Shown: piece after piece, positions 1-7,741 of the stretch
Position numbering within the stretch: the first letter of the stretch is position 1
Layout of the letters: each line of letters opens with the position of its first letter
IMG/VR virus record: IMGVR_UViG_3300030108_004854
Span: 9,065 to 73,064 of that record
Direction: 5' to 3' (one strand)
DNA length: 64,000 nucleotides
Source: a virus
Notes under the pieces: generated by a model
Seen by the model: only the letters and a program-made list of their open reading frames with translations
Told to the model about the DNA's origin: nothing
Database searches by the model: none
Translations under genes and position numbers: made by a program

Positions 1-150
1 TCCTGCAAGTAATCCTGCACCCAAAACAACGCCACCAAGCAAATTATTGCCTTGATTCTCTCGCTGTTCTTCGTACATCGTGTATATTTTCCAATATTAA
101 TAGTTTAATCCTTTATATTCTGATGATTTAGACTTATTGCACGTGAGTTA

Positions 151-435
151 GTGCAAGAAATGGAATTGCAAGCACCTAATAGTAATTTTGGTGTAAAAAA
201 CAGTGGAATGACTGATGAAGATAAGTTAGGCAGGGCCATTGCACTACGTGCTATTGCAGAAAAGACACAAGAGCTAGAAGCAAAGGGTGCTACACCCATG
301 GAACAGCAAACATTTGTTCAGGGTGCTCGCCGCGAGTTAGCCAGGCAGAGACCTGATGCACGAAAACACGAACTTGCATCGGACGCTGCACGGCGATTCA
401 AGGAGTACAACTCCGGAGGAACCTCAATCTTCTAG
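151..435 (+). CDS. hypothetical protein
   Basis: 94-aa charged helical ORF; start may be ATG at 160 or 208. Confidence 0.6.
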   Translation: MQEMELQAPNSNFGVKNSGMTDEDKLGRAIALRAIAEKTQELEAKGATPMEQQTFVQGARRELARQRPDARKHELASDAARRFKEYNSGGTSIF

Positions 436-943
436 TAAGTTTGGGATAAAAACTTGGGGTAAACCCGACTTTTCGGGTCATTTTGTGCTATAAAATTATA
501 TTTAAAAACCTATTATTAGTAATCCTTAACAATCGCTAGGAATAACTTGACATGCCTAAATCTTCCCCAGGGGCCTTACGTACTTTGGCCTGGTTTTTTT
601 GGGTAAATCCAACTTTTTAACCCATTTTGGTTAATAATTACCTGACCTATCTAACATACGTCTTCCGATTGGGAATGCGTATAGAAAAAAAAGAAACAGC
701 CAACGGCCCCTCGACGATTGAAGAGTGGGACAAACCCACGAAGCAATCGGCGTATCACCCAATGGGTAGTACAACGGCCCGTAGCTGTAAGTTACTCCAC
801 AATTTCCACAGGAATTCTGGTGAACTTCTCGCTGCTATCTCACATAAGGCTGTGAGATTAGAAGCAGAAGGTTTAACGAACAGCCAACAGCCGGTTAATG
901 CGTAGAACGAGCGGAGTTACGCCCGCCACACACGGAGAATCCC

Positions 944-1234
944 GTGGCCAACATCCAAACCGCTCCCGCTCCTACCGCCAAGGAAGAGCAGCAAGCTTCC
1001 ATTCCTCAGGTGTGGAAGATCAAGGAGCACCACATCGTCGAGCCCATCGTTGATGACGCAGGCAAGACGTGGGTCAAGATCGAGTGGAGCGAGAAGCTTC
1101 ACCTGTTCTTCGACGTACCTAACGGCGTCAAGGTCGACAAGCTCATCGAACAGATGGAGCGCGTCGGTTACATCAACGTCGACAAGAAGGGGTGGTACAA
1201 GCGCTACCCCATGGCAGAAGAGATCATCTTCTGA
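944..1234 (+). CDS. early hypothetical protein with GC-rich host-like codon usage
   Basis: GGAG 9-12 nt before a GTG start; C/G-ending codons; followed by a strong terminator. Confidence 0.8.
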   Translation: MANIQTAPAPTAKEEQQASIPQVWKIKEHHIVEPIVDDAGKTWVKIEWSEKLHLFFDVPNGVKVDKLIEQMERVGYINVDKKGWYKRYPMAEEIIF

Positions 1235-1248
1235 TCCAACACTCACCC

Positions 1249-1273
1249 CCCCCGCTTCGGCGGGGGATTTTTT
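1249..1273 (+). terminator. intrinsic terminator
   Basis: CCCCCGC-TTCG-GCGGGGG followed by ATTTTTT. Confidence 0.85.
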
Positions 1274-1306
1274 ATTGAATACAACAGCCCTTACACAGCC
1301 ATCACC

Positions 1307-1459
1307 ATGACCAGACTCAATGCCTTCCTGTTTACTATCACTGCAGCAGCAATGATGATCACACTTGGTTTCATAACAAGAGAACCATTAGTGGTCACAT
1401 GCATCACTGAAGGTGATGTAACAACGTGCTCTGCTAACAGCCAACAGCCTCTTGATTGA
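1307..1459 (+). CDS. small membrane protein (50 aa)
   Basis: Manual translation MTRLNAFLFTITAAAMMITLGFITREPL...NSQQPLD; N-terminal hydrophobic segment. Confidence 0.55.
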   Translation: MTRLNAFLFTITAAAMMITLGFITREPLVVTCITEGDVTTCSANSQQPLD

Positions 1460-1460
1460 T
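1435..1460 (+). repeat. TAACAGCCAACAGCC box (dispersed repeat)
   Basis: Copies at 695, 879, 1435, 3763, 5231, 7062; 26 nt identical between 1435 and 3763. Confidence 0.85.
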
Positions 1461-1463
1461 TAA

Positions 1464-1494
1464 CCTGGGCATGGCTTAGCCAGTAAGTCCCAGG
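1464..1494 (+). ncRNA. conserved stem/internal-loop RNA motif, copy 1
   Basis: CCTGGG-CA-TGGC-TTA-GCCA-GTAAG-T-CCCAGG; 7 copies with covarying stems. Confidence 0.7.
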
Positions 1495-1504
1495 CTATCC
1501 ACAG

Positions 1505-1592
1505 ACCAGAGCGAAAGCTCGAACTGCAGGTTGGTTCACCTGCTCACTCAAACACCGGAGCGAAAGCTCGAACTGCAGGTTGGTTCACCTGC
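1505..1592 (+). repeat. tandem 39-nt double-hairpin repeat (2 copies)
   Basis: ACCRGAGCGAAAGCTCGAACTGCAGGTTGGTTCACCTGC at 1505 and 1554, one mismatch. Confidence 0.9.
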
Positions 1593-1621
1593 ATTCACAG
1601 TACACTTCATCACACTTAACG

Positions 1622-2014
1622 ATGAACATTTTCAAAGCCGCAACACTCCTTGTACCACAGATCGTCGCTAACTACGACGACGAGACAAGGCACAACAAGG
1701 TAGCTGCCACCTGGACCGACCAGGAAGGTTACCGCACAACGTACGGCGTGGAGTTCCGCGCAGTACACAACTCAGAACGCATCGCTATCGAGCGAGGCAC
1801 CAGACAAGAAGACGGTAGCTTTGTCTACGTTGCACCCAATGGCAACGTTCATACCTGCACCTACGAACGCTTCATGGCCATTGCCAAAGCGCAAGGTGAG
1901 CAGGCAATGCACGCACAGTACCGTCGCAATCCACACCAGGCTCACTACCAACAAGACACACAATCGCAGGCTTACGAGCGTGTGAATGTGTGGGTACATG
2001 AGCCTGCCAACTAA
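1622..2014 (+). CDS. early hypothetical protein
   Basis: ATG after CATCACAC leader; host-like codons; terminator follows. Confidence 0.75.
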   Translation: MNIFKAATLLVPQIVANYDDETRHNKVAATWTDQEGYRTTYGVEFRAVHNSERIAIERGTRQEDGSFVYVAPNGNVHTCTYERFMAIAKAQGEQAMHAQYRRNPHQAHYQQDTQSQAYERVNVWVHEPAN

Positions 2015-2021
2015 TAACAAT

Positions 2022-2048
2022 GGGTTGCTACGGCGGCCCTTTCTTTTT
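2022..2048 (+). terminator. intrinsic terminator
   Basis: GGGTTGC-TACG-GCGGCCC then TTTCTTTTT. Confidence 0.8.
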
Positions 2049-2059
2049 ATCTATCCACA

Positions 2060-2284
2060 ATGACTATGGACCTTTACCTAGTAATCCAGTCAACCGATTT
2101 CAACGGTGACGGATACTTCCAAGAATTTATTCTTGGTATCTACGAAGACGGCGATGCAGCTAAACAGGTGCTACATAAACTCATTAAAGAACATGAGGCT
2201 GAAGAACCTCATTGCCAAGCTGACATAGATACAGAGTACTTTATCAAAGAGATGCCACTAATCCCTGCAAAGGTAATCCAATGA
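2060..2284 (+). CDS. hypothetical protein
   Basis: 74-aa acidic ORF, ATGA-coupled to the next gene. Confidence 0.7.
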   Translation: MTMDLYLVIQSTDFNGDGYFQEFILGIYEDGDAAKQVLHKLIKEHEAEEPHCQADIDTEYFIKEMPLIPAKVIQ

Positions 2285-2619
2285 TTACTACTATCAAGAC
2301 CTACAAAGACAATGGTCCGTACTTACATCAAGAAAGGTTTGACTACACAGTCGATAACCTATCTGACTTTATCAAACAAGTACGCACCATCATGGAGAGC
2401 CAAGACTCTGATGTCATTGGCGTCTATCACGACGACACATTCATAGGCGGATGGACACAGGAATGTGACTATGAACCCGACTATGAAAATGGCGGATACT
2501 ACTGCGTATCAGCTGAATACGTCAGACCACAACCAAACAGCTTTGACTGGGAGTGCATCAAGAAGTATTGCTTCCATTCAGGCACCCCTGTCAAAACCAC
2601 CATCGATTCAATCACATGA
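2281..2619 (+). CDS. hypothetical protein
   Basis: 112 aa, ATGA overlaps at both ends. Confidence 0.75.
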   Translation: MITTIKTYKDNGPYLHQERFDYTVDNLSDFIKQVRTIMESQDSDVIGVYHDDTFIGGWTQECDYEPDYENGGYYCVSAEYVRPQPNSFDWECIKKYCFHSGTPVKTTIDSIT

Positions 2620-2807
2620 CAACTAACAACATAGACAACAAAGTCATCAAGATCACCTGCCGAGATGCCTACGAATATGTAGACATCTTGGAATCAGAGA
2701 TCAAGATGCTGATCAAGAAAGATATTGTTGGTCCATCATTAATCAAACATTATCAAGATCTTCGTGATCGCATAAACATTGCTATCCACACCTATCATCA
2801 TTCCTAA
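2616..2807 (+). CDS. hypothetical protein
   Basis: Start moved to the coupled ATG at 2616. Confidence 0.6.
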   Translation: MTTNNIDNKVIKITCRDAYEYVDILESEIKMLIKKDIVGPSLIKHYQDLRDRINIAIHTYHHS

Positions 2808-2971
2808 TGACTACCTACAAAATCATTCGCTTCTATCACCCATCACAGGGTAAATACAATGAGACAGTTGAGACTGGCCTCACACTAGAAGAAGCCCAAG
2901 CATGGTGCAAAGACCCATCCACACGCAAAGACAACACGTTCTTTGACGGCTACGAGGAGGAGTACAAATGA
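2807..2971 (+). CDS. small phage protein (GLTLEEAQAWC motif)
   Basis: Manual translation MTTYKIIRFY...GLTLEEAQAWCKDPSTR...FFDGYEEEYK; TAATG coupling. Confidence 0.7.
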   Translation: MTTYKIIRFYHPSQGKYNETVETGLTLEEAQAWCKDPSTRKDNTFFDGYEEEYK

Positions 2972-3127
2972 ACATCTACAACAATGACGACACAACCAAA
3001 CGTGACTGCGATATTGTTTACGGTGCATTAACCGTAAGCACTGCAGTATTATTTCCACCGTTAGCAATTATATCCCTCGGGATGTGGTTTGCCGACAGAC
3101 AACACTATCCATCACACAATACCAAAG

Positions 3128-3388
3128 ATGACAACAACAACTAAACAAATCAGAGAAGAAGCTATTAATAGTGCCATCGAGAAAGATTGGCACGTTGCAT
3201 CAGAAGGCACTGACTTCACTGCATGTGTTATCGCATGGCACAAAGACCCAGCTACTAATTGGTGCCGCGTACTTACTGTTGTTGACGGTCAGTACCAAAC
3301 AGAAACTATACGTTGCACACCAACAGTTGTTGGTTCAGGTTATGTAACTGACCATCTCAATGATTTTAAACTTACAACTCAATCATGA
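3128..3388 (+). CDS. hypothetical protein
   Basis: ATG after CATCACAC leader. Confidence 0.7.
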   Translation: MTTTTKQIREEAINSAIEKDWHVASEGTDFTACVIAWHKDPATNWCRVLTVVDGQYQTETIRCTPTVVGSGYVTDHLNDFKLTTQS

Positions 3389-3497
3389 CAATTCAAATAG
3401 TACGTGGTAACAACCTAAAGTACGTTACTGTTGACAGCTACAAAGCACCGGGCATACGTAATAGTATTGCCCGCTTTATCTTTCACTTATTACACAA

Positions 3498-3716
3498 ATG
3501 ACTGAACGCAGAACCCAACAACAAGAGCATTTAGTTCAACCATTGACACAAACTGATGTTCACATGGTTGAACTACTAGCTCAATTACAAGGTGTACTTC
3601 CACGCACAGTTATTGAAATTGCATTACATGAATGGCTTGAAGCTAACTTCATGCGCATTAATTCATTGCATCGTAATGCAAAAGAGATCCACAATCAACT
3701 TAATTCAAAAACATGA
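3498..3716 (+). CDS. hypothetical protein, possible ribbon-helix-helix
   Basis: 72 aa; VIEIALHEWL helix pattern. Confidence 0.6.
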   Translation: MTERRTQQQEHLVQPLTQTDVHMVELLAQLQGVLPRTVIEIALHEWLEANFMRINSLHRNAKEIHNQLNSKT

Positions 3717-3762
3717 AACAACACAAGCACATCCCTTCTCCTTTCAACAAACAATCTCTAAG

Positions 3763-3788
3763 TAACAGCCAACAGCCTCTTGATTGAT
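3763..3788 (+). repeat. TAACAGCCAACAGCC box
   Basis: Identical to 1435-1460. Confidence 0.85.
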
Positions 3789-3827
3789 AAGTTTTACTTA
3801 TCATTGCGTACACTTAATCACACCACA

Positions 3828-4130
3828 ATGGACTCTTCTAAAGAACAACTATCTCGCAAGTCACAAAAAGCAAGATATATACAATATATACAAGTATTAG
3901 AGATGCGCATACATTTAGATAAACGTAAAGATAAATATGATTTTGCTGGATTCATTGATGAGTATCATCAGTTATGTATACAAATTGATGCATTATTAAA
4001 AATAGTACTTACAGATTTAACAGCAGAAGAAATCAAAGATGGCTTAGATGAAGTACCACAGGTACGTAGTCTTATTGTCACTAAAGATCTTCAACCAACT
4101 ACATCTATACACTACACTTCACTCAACTGA
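3828..4130 (+). CDS. hypothetical protein
   Basis: ATG after AATCACACCACA leader. Confidence 0.65.
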   Translation: MDSSKEQLSRKSQKARYIQYIQVLEMRIHLDKRKDKYDFAGFIDEYHQLCIQIDALLKIVLTDLTAEEIKDGLDEVPQVRSLIVTKDLQPTTSIHYTSLN

Positions 4131-4134
4131 AACA

Positions 4135-4464
4135 ATGACAACAATTTCATCACTGCCAATCTGGTATTCAGAACGTAATGCATTTAAGTATCACAACAAT
4201 TTACATGCATTAGATATGATCTATCTGCATGGTCAGATAGAACAAGAAGCAGAATTTGATTTGTTAATGTCACCAAATAATGATGTATCTATCGGTGTTT
4301 ATCCGGTCATCATTAACATTAACGATACAACTTATGCTTGTACTGCACATGTTTGGAACAACAGGAGACATGGCAATCGCAAAGGCTTAGTTGTTCTTAA
4401 CACTGACAAAGAAGCAAGAGAGTATGCACATCTCAAGTTCATTGAGAAAGCTGATCGTATTTAA
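4135..4464 (+). CDS. hypothetical protein
   Basis: ATG 4 nt after the previous stop. Confidence 0.65.
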   Translation: MTTISSLPIWYSERNAFKYHNNLHALDMIYLHGQIEQEAEFDLLMSPNNDVSIGVYPVIININDTTYACTAHVWNNRRHGNRKGLVVLNTDKEAREYAHLKFIEKADRI

Positions 4465-4503
4465 TCACACCACATTAAATCTAATCACATCACATCAAAC
4501 TCA

Positions 4504-4896
4504 ATGACTGACTCACTACTTGCATGTGTCGGATATAACGACGACACCACACAGTTTGAAGAACTAACACTCGATGACAAGATCACTGTCATCTGCAACA
4601 CAGCAATTAGAAAGATACAAAGAGAATACCCAGATCAATGCAAAGGATATGTAATTGAACGCCACCAAGGCAAACGGTGGATCAAATTAGTATGCGCGGA
4701 AATCTATGAGGATGGTCAACGTCGCAACGGAAGTGTCTGGGCATTCATTGATCCAGCCACACAAGGGGTCTACAAGCCCGCCAGTTGGAAAGCACCAGCC
4801 AAGCATGAGAGATATAACCTAGACGACTTCCAAAGCTTCTATGACGCCGCACGGATGGCCGATTGGTATGGCTCATGGCTATACCTTAGACACTAA
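4504..4896 (+). CDS. conserved phage hypothetical protein
   Basis: VWAFID..GVYKPASWKAPAKHERYNL motif recalled from T4-like cyanophage proteins. Confidence 0.8.
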   Translation: MTDSLLACVGYNDDTTQFEELTLDDKITVICNTAIRKIQREYPDQCKGYVIERHQGKRWIKLVCAEIYEDGQRRNGSVWAFIDPATQGVYKPASWKAPAKHERYNLDDFQSFYDAARMADWYGSWLYLRH

Positions 4897-5230
4897 GCCG
4901 ACTAGTACATATGAATTACTACAACATAGTTGTGTATCACCATGTACCAGCTATGTTGTAGTTGTTGTGCAATAAAGAGTAGATTTTCTTTATCTATAAA
5001 GATCTGTACATTGTGTGCTAGTACATAAGACCCACCATATTATTTATATTCTGTACATTTGTAAGTAATTTCTGTACACTTTGTGCTTATTAATTCTTTA
5101 CATAGCAGTCCCTCACTACAACCACTCACAAATGTACAGTTTTCTATATAAATAAAATATATACCCCCCAACTACTCACAACTACACACAACTCTGTATC
5201 AACACGATACATTCATTCTTTAACAAGAAG
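4897..5230. other. AT-rich non-coding element with CTGTACATT(T)GTG-like repeats; origin candidate 1
   Basis: Three direct copies (5004, 5051, 5072) and one inverted copy (5127-5139); related to 33229-33380. Confidence 0.6.
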
Positions 5231-5245
5231 TAACAGCCAACAGCC
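5231..5245 (+). repeat. TAACAGCCAACAGCC box
   Basis: Exact 15-mer. Confidence 0.85.
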
Positions 5246-5259
5246 TAATTATTAAGTAT

Positions 5260-5288
5260 CCTGGCATTGCTTGGCATGTAAGCCCAGG
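5260..5288 (+). ncRNA. conserved stem/internal-loop RNA motif, copy 2
   Basis: CCTGG-CAT-TGC-TTG-GCA-T-GTAAG-C-CCAGG. Confidence 0.65.
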
Positions 5289-5324
5289 TATCCATCACAT
5301 CACACCACACAACAGGAGACAGTT

Positions 5325-5525
5325 ATGTCCCGCATCAAAAGCTGGATTCACAACCAACTCGACAAACGAAACATGCTCAGGGAAGACATGTACTACAACG
5401 CAGACATCGCTTATGAACTAGAGCAGGCCATGCGTGAAGAAATGGAAGAACCTCAAAACTCAGAAAATCTAGACATCGACCCTAACACCCAATCAACCAA
5501 TGAATCAAACAACGTACCATTCTGA
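5325..5525 (+). CDS. hypothetical protein
   Basis: AGGAG SD before ATG; acidic tail ending VPF. Confidence 0.7.
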   Translation: MSRIKSWIHNQLDKRNMLREDMYYNADIAYELEQAMREEMEEPQNSENLDIDPNTQSTNESNNVPF

Positions 5526-5886
5526 CGAATTCATCACGGTAATCATTGCAATCATCGCAACACTATTCACTGTTTTAATCAACAACACAATCAAATGGAA
5601 ACCATCAACATCCACAACCTACACAACCAAGGACTTGTTGCCTACATACAACGATACCCTCGTAGTGGAGCAGCAAGATATTTCCTCAACCAATACAAAG
5701 TTCACGAAGAATGGGAAGATGAAGAACCAACATCAATCAAAATCCACCAGGTCTCGCAAGCCTATGGTGGCCCAGAAGAAGGTGGATGGTGGTACTCGAC
5801 AGGTGAGGCGCAATCAACTCACTTCATCTTCAGCAAGAAAGGATGTATCAAGCGATGTATCGAACTCATTGATACCTATAACTTAA
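5500..5886 (+). CDS. hypothetical membrane protein, largely overlapping the next ORF
   Basis: N-terminal TM segment FITVIIAIIATLFTVLI; 292-nt out-of-frame overlap. Confidence 0.4.
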   Translation: MNQTTYHSDEFITVIIAIIATLFTVLINNTIKWKPSTSTTYTTKDLLPTYNDTLVVEQQDISSTNTKFTKNGKMKNQHQSKSTRSRKPMVAQKKVDGGTRQVRRNQLTSSSARKDVSSDVSNSLIPIT

Positions 5887-5993
5887 CGAACCAACCTTCT
5901 ATTGAAACATCACAAGGTAACTTTGCGTATGAACTTACACTAGGCACAGGATACGCAAAAAATTATCCTACAGAACGTCCACATTACGAGTAA
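5595..5993 (+). CDS. conserved phage hypothetical protein
   Basis: AYGGPEEGGWWY ... YPTERPHYE motif recalled from phage early proteins. Confidence 0.8.
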   Translation: METINIHNLHNQGLVAYIQRYPRSGAARYFLNQYKVHEEWEDEEPTSIKIHQVSQAYGGPEEGGWWYSTGEAQSTHFIFSKKGCIKRCIELIDTYNLTNQPSIETSQGNFAYELTLGTGYAKNYPTERPHYE

Positions 5994-5999
5994 TCAGTA

Positions 6000-6038
6000 C
6001 TGGGCATTGTATTTTCCCCGACTACATGTAAGGCCCAG
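6000..6038 (+). ncRNA. conserved stem/internal-loop RNA motif, copy 3
   Basis: CTGGG-CAT-TGTA-loop-TACA-T-GTAAG-G-CCCAG. Confidence 0.7.
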
Positions 6039-6062
6039 AGAATCACATCACCTTTAATTACC

Positions 6063-6281
6063 ATGCCTAATCGCTATCGTGTCAAGTACAAACATGATCC
6101 ACCGCCAAATCCTATCCCCGGTGAAAATTACACTGTTGGTGCAGGTATCTGGTCTGCCAACATTCGTGCCCATGACATTGATGATGCACGACATCAGATC
6201 CTGAAGAACTTTCCTTACAAAAGAGCTGATGGAAAGATAGTCAACAGAATCATTGTATCCTGTCGCAAAATCTACTACTGA
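6063..6281 (+). CDS. hypothetical protein
   Basis: 72-aa ORF after AC-rich leader. Confidence 0.65.
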   Translation: MPNRYRVKYKHDPPPNPIPGENYTVGAGIWSANIRAHDIDDARHQILKNFPYKRADGKIVNRIIVSCRKIYY

Positions 6282-6284
6282 CTC

Positions 6285-6611
6285 ATGCCTAAAAACATCG
6301 TTCCAGATGAAACTCCGTCACCTGACGACCTACAAGGACTATATGGACTCGCTCAAGCTACAAAGAAGTTTGTCGAGCAAGGCACACCACCAGCTTTTGC
6401 TGTCTTTATTAATCCAAAGACTGGCAAAACTTATTGCACTACTCCAGCACAACTTGAAGGTGGTACTGCACCAGATCAAAAGACTATTGACGCCTTAATC
6501 AAAACCATTAACATCAATGACCCGAATTCAACAGCACGTCTTCAACAGGGAAGCAGTGAGCAGGAGGGGAGGAGCCCCGACGTACGGGATAACGGAGACA
6601 CCAAAACGTAA
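6285..6611 (+). CDS. hypothetical protein
   Basis: 108-aa ORF in operon position. Confidence 0.6.
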   Translation: MPKNIVPDETPSPDDLQGLYGLAQATKKFVEQGTPPAFAVFINPKTGKTYCTTPAQLEGGTAPDQKTIDALIKTININDPNSTARLQQGSSEQEGRSPDVRDNGDTKT

Positions 6612-6655
6612 GCGTCCTAAATCTAAAGGAAATCTAATGTTACTTAAGGAGTTGA

Positions 6656-6823
6656 ATGAGCGAATCAGTTGACCACTACATCGAGTACAGAGATGACATC
6701 ATGCGTATCTGCCGTGAGTATCAACTAGAAACTCGTTGCAGTAATGCATTAGTTGCATCGATGTTAATGGATCTAGCACACCGCATTGAAATTAATGACA
6801 AAGCGATCTGCCTTCAACTTTGA
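6656..6823 (+). CDS. hypothetical protein (55 aa)
   Basis: AAGGAG SD; manual translation MSESVDHYIEYRDDIMRICREY... Confidence 0.55.
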   Translation: MSESVDHYIEYRDDIMRICREYQLETRCSNALVASMLMDLAHRIEINDKAICLQL

Positions 6824-7064
6824 CAAAGACATCTTCGGTTTTAATGTAACCGAGCATGGCATCAAAAGCTACAGTAAATCATTTAAGGTTGGTCCATTTA
6901 GACAAACGATCAACCTTAATCTTGGCAATGGTCATGTAAAAGGTACGACATCGATACCTGGCACAGGCTTAGCCAAACGCTACAATATCAGTGACAAAGA
7001 CTGGCATGACTGGTTTCCGGAAGAGCCTGACTTTGGACACAAGCCTCCCATGTGGGAGGAGTAA
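6795..7064 (+). CDS. DUF4236-like protein
   Basis: SKSFKVGPFRQTINLN...TTSIPGTGL resembles the DUF4236 consensus. Confidence 0.6.
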   Translation: MTKRSAFNFDKDIFGFNVTEHGIKSYSKSFKVGPFRQTINLNLGNGHVKGTTSIPGTGLAKRYNISDKDWHDWFPEEPDFGHKPPMWEE

Positions 7065-7076
7065 CAGCCAACAGCC
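7062..7076 (+). repeat. TAACAGCCAACAGCC box
   Basis: Exact 15-mer; supplies the stop codon of the upstream gene. Confidence 0.85.
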
Positions 7077-7084
7077 TGGTTGTT

Positions 7085-7110
7085 AGACCTAGGCAAGTCT
7101 TTAAACTGTT
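7085..7110 (+). ncRNA. putative H-type pseudoknot, copy 1
   Basis: AGAC-CTAGGCAA-GTCT-TTAAAC-TGTT; loop GGCA can pair with TGTT. Confidence 0.5.
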
Positions 7111-7131
7111 GTACACAACACCACATCACAC

Positions 7132-7401
7132 ATGGCGTACATCACTGATAGACAACAAGACTTCATCATCACTTTGTACAAAAGAGTAGATGAAATTCAC
7201 TTGTTAGCTTCCAAGCTAGACATGCATGATCCACAGCGGCTCAAATATTCTGGTGCTGCTGATGAGCTGCTGCGACTTTCTGATCGACTGAAACTTCAGT
7301 GGTTGCAAGAAGCTGAGTTACTGGAATCAGTAAAACAACAAATTACTGATGAACCAATCCCATCTATTACACCAGAGGAAGAGTATGCAATCAATGCCTG
7401 A
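7132..7401 (+). CDS. hypothetical protein
   Basis: 89 aa after CATCACAC leader. Confidence 0.7.
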   Translation: MAYITDRQQDFIITLYKRVDEIHLLASKLDMHDPQRLKYSGAADELLRLSDRLKLQWLQEAELLESVKQQITDEPIPSITPEEEYAINA

Positions 7402-7684
7402 AGTAATTACTGTACACAACTGCGAGCTTGACATTCGTGATCTGGATTACGGCACTAGTTCTTGGATCGTGTCTGCAACCGTTGCTGACATGCAATTGGT
7501 ACGGCCTGCTGTCATGCATCCTGCTGACATAGCTGAGCCAGAAGAGCGTGGACCTGCACAATGCAGTGCCATCTTTGAACTAGATGAAGTATCAGGTGAT
7601 GAACAACCACCTAACGATCCAGTTGCCCTTCGTCAATACATTCAAGATATGAATCTTGATTGGGACATAGACGAAGAAAACTAA
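7394..7684 (+). CDS. hypothetical protein
   Basis: Acidic ORF, coupled start at 7394. Confidence 0.7.
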   Translation: MPEVITVHNCELDIRDLDYGTSSWIVSATVADMQLVRPAVMHPADIAEPEERGPAQCSAIFELDEVSGDEQPPNDPVALRQYIQDMNLDWDIDEEN

Positions 7685-7689
7685 CCAAT

Positions 7690-7716
7690 AGACCTGAGCA
7701 TGTCTTTAAACTGCTC
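7690..7716 (+). ncRNA. putative H-type pseudoknot, copy 2
   Basis: AGAC-CTGAGCAT-GTCT-TTAAAC-TGCTC; loop GAGCA pairs with TGCTC. Confidence 0.6.
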
Positions 7717-7741
7717 TTACTACATCACACCAAACTACACA

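Noticed and set aside
627-905. 92-aa ORF ending NSQQPVNA
   Set aside because: TTG start without SD, no protein-like features, and it runs through hairpins and repeat boxes; likely non-coding
917-1246. Antisense 109-aa ORF
   Set aside because: Shadow of the codon-biased + strand gene 944-1234
1505-1592. Mini-CRISPR or HDV-like ribozyme
   Set aside because: Only two repeats with a 10-nt spacer; no consistent P1/P3/P1.1 could be built for both copies
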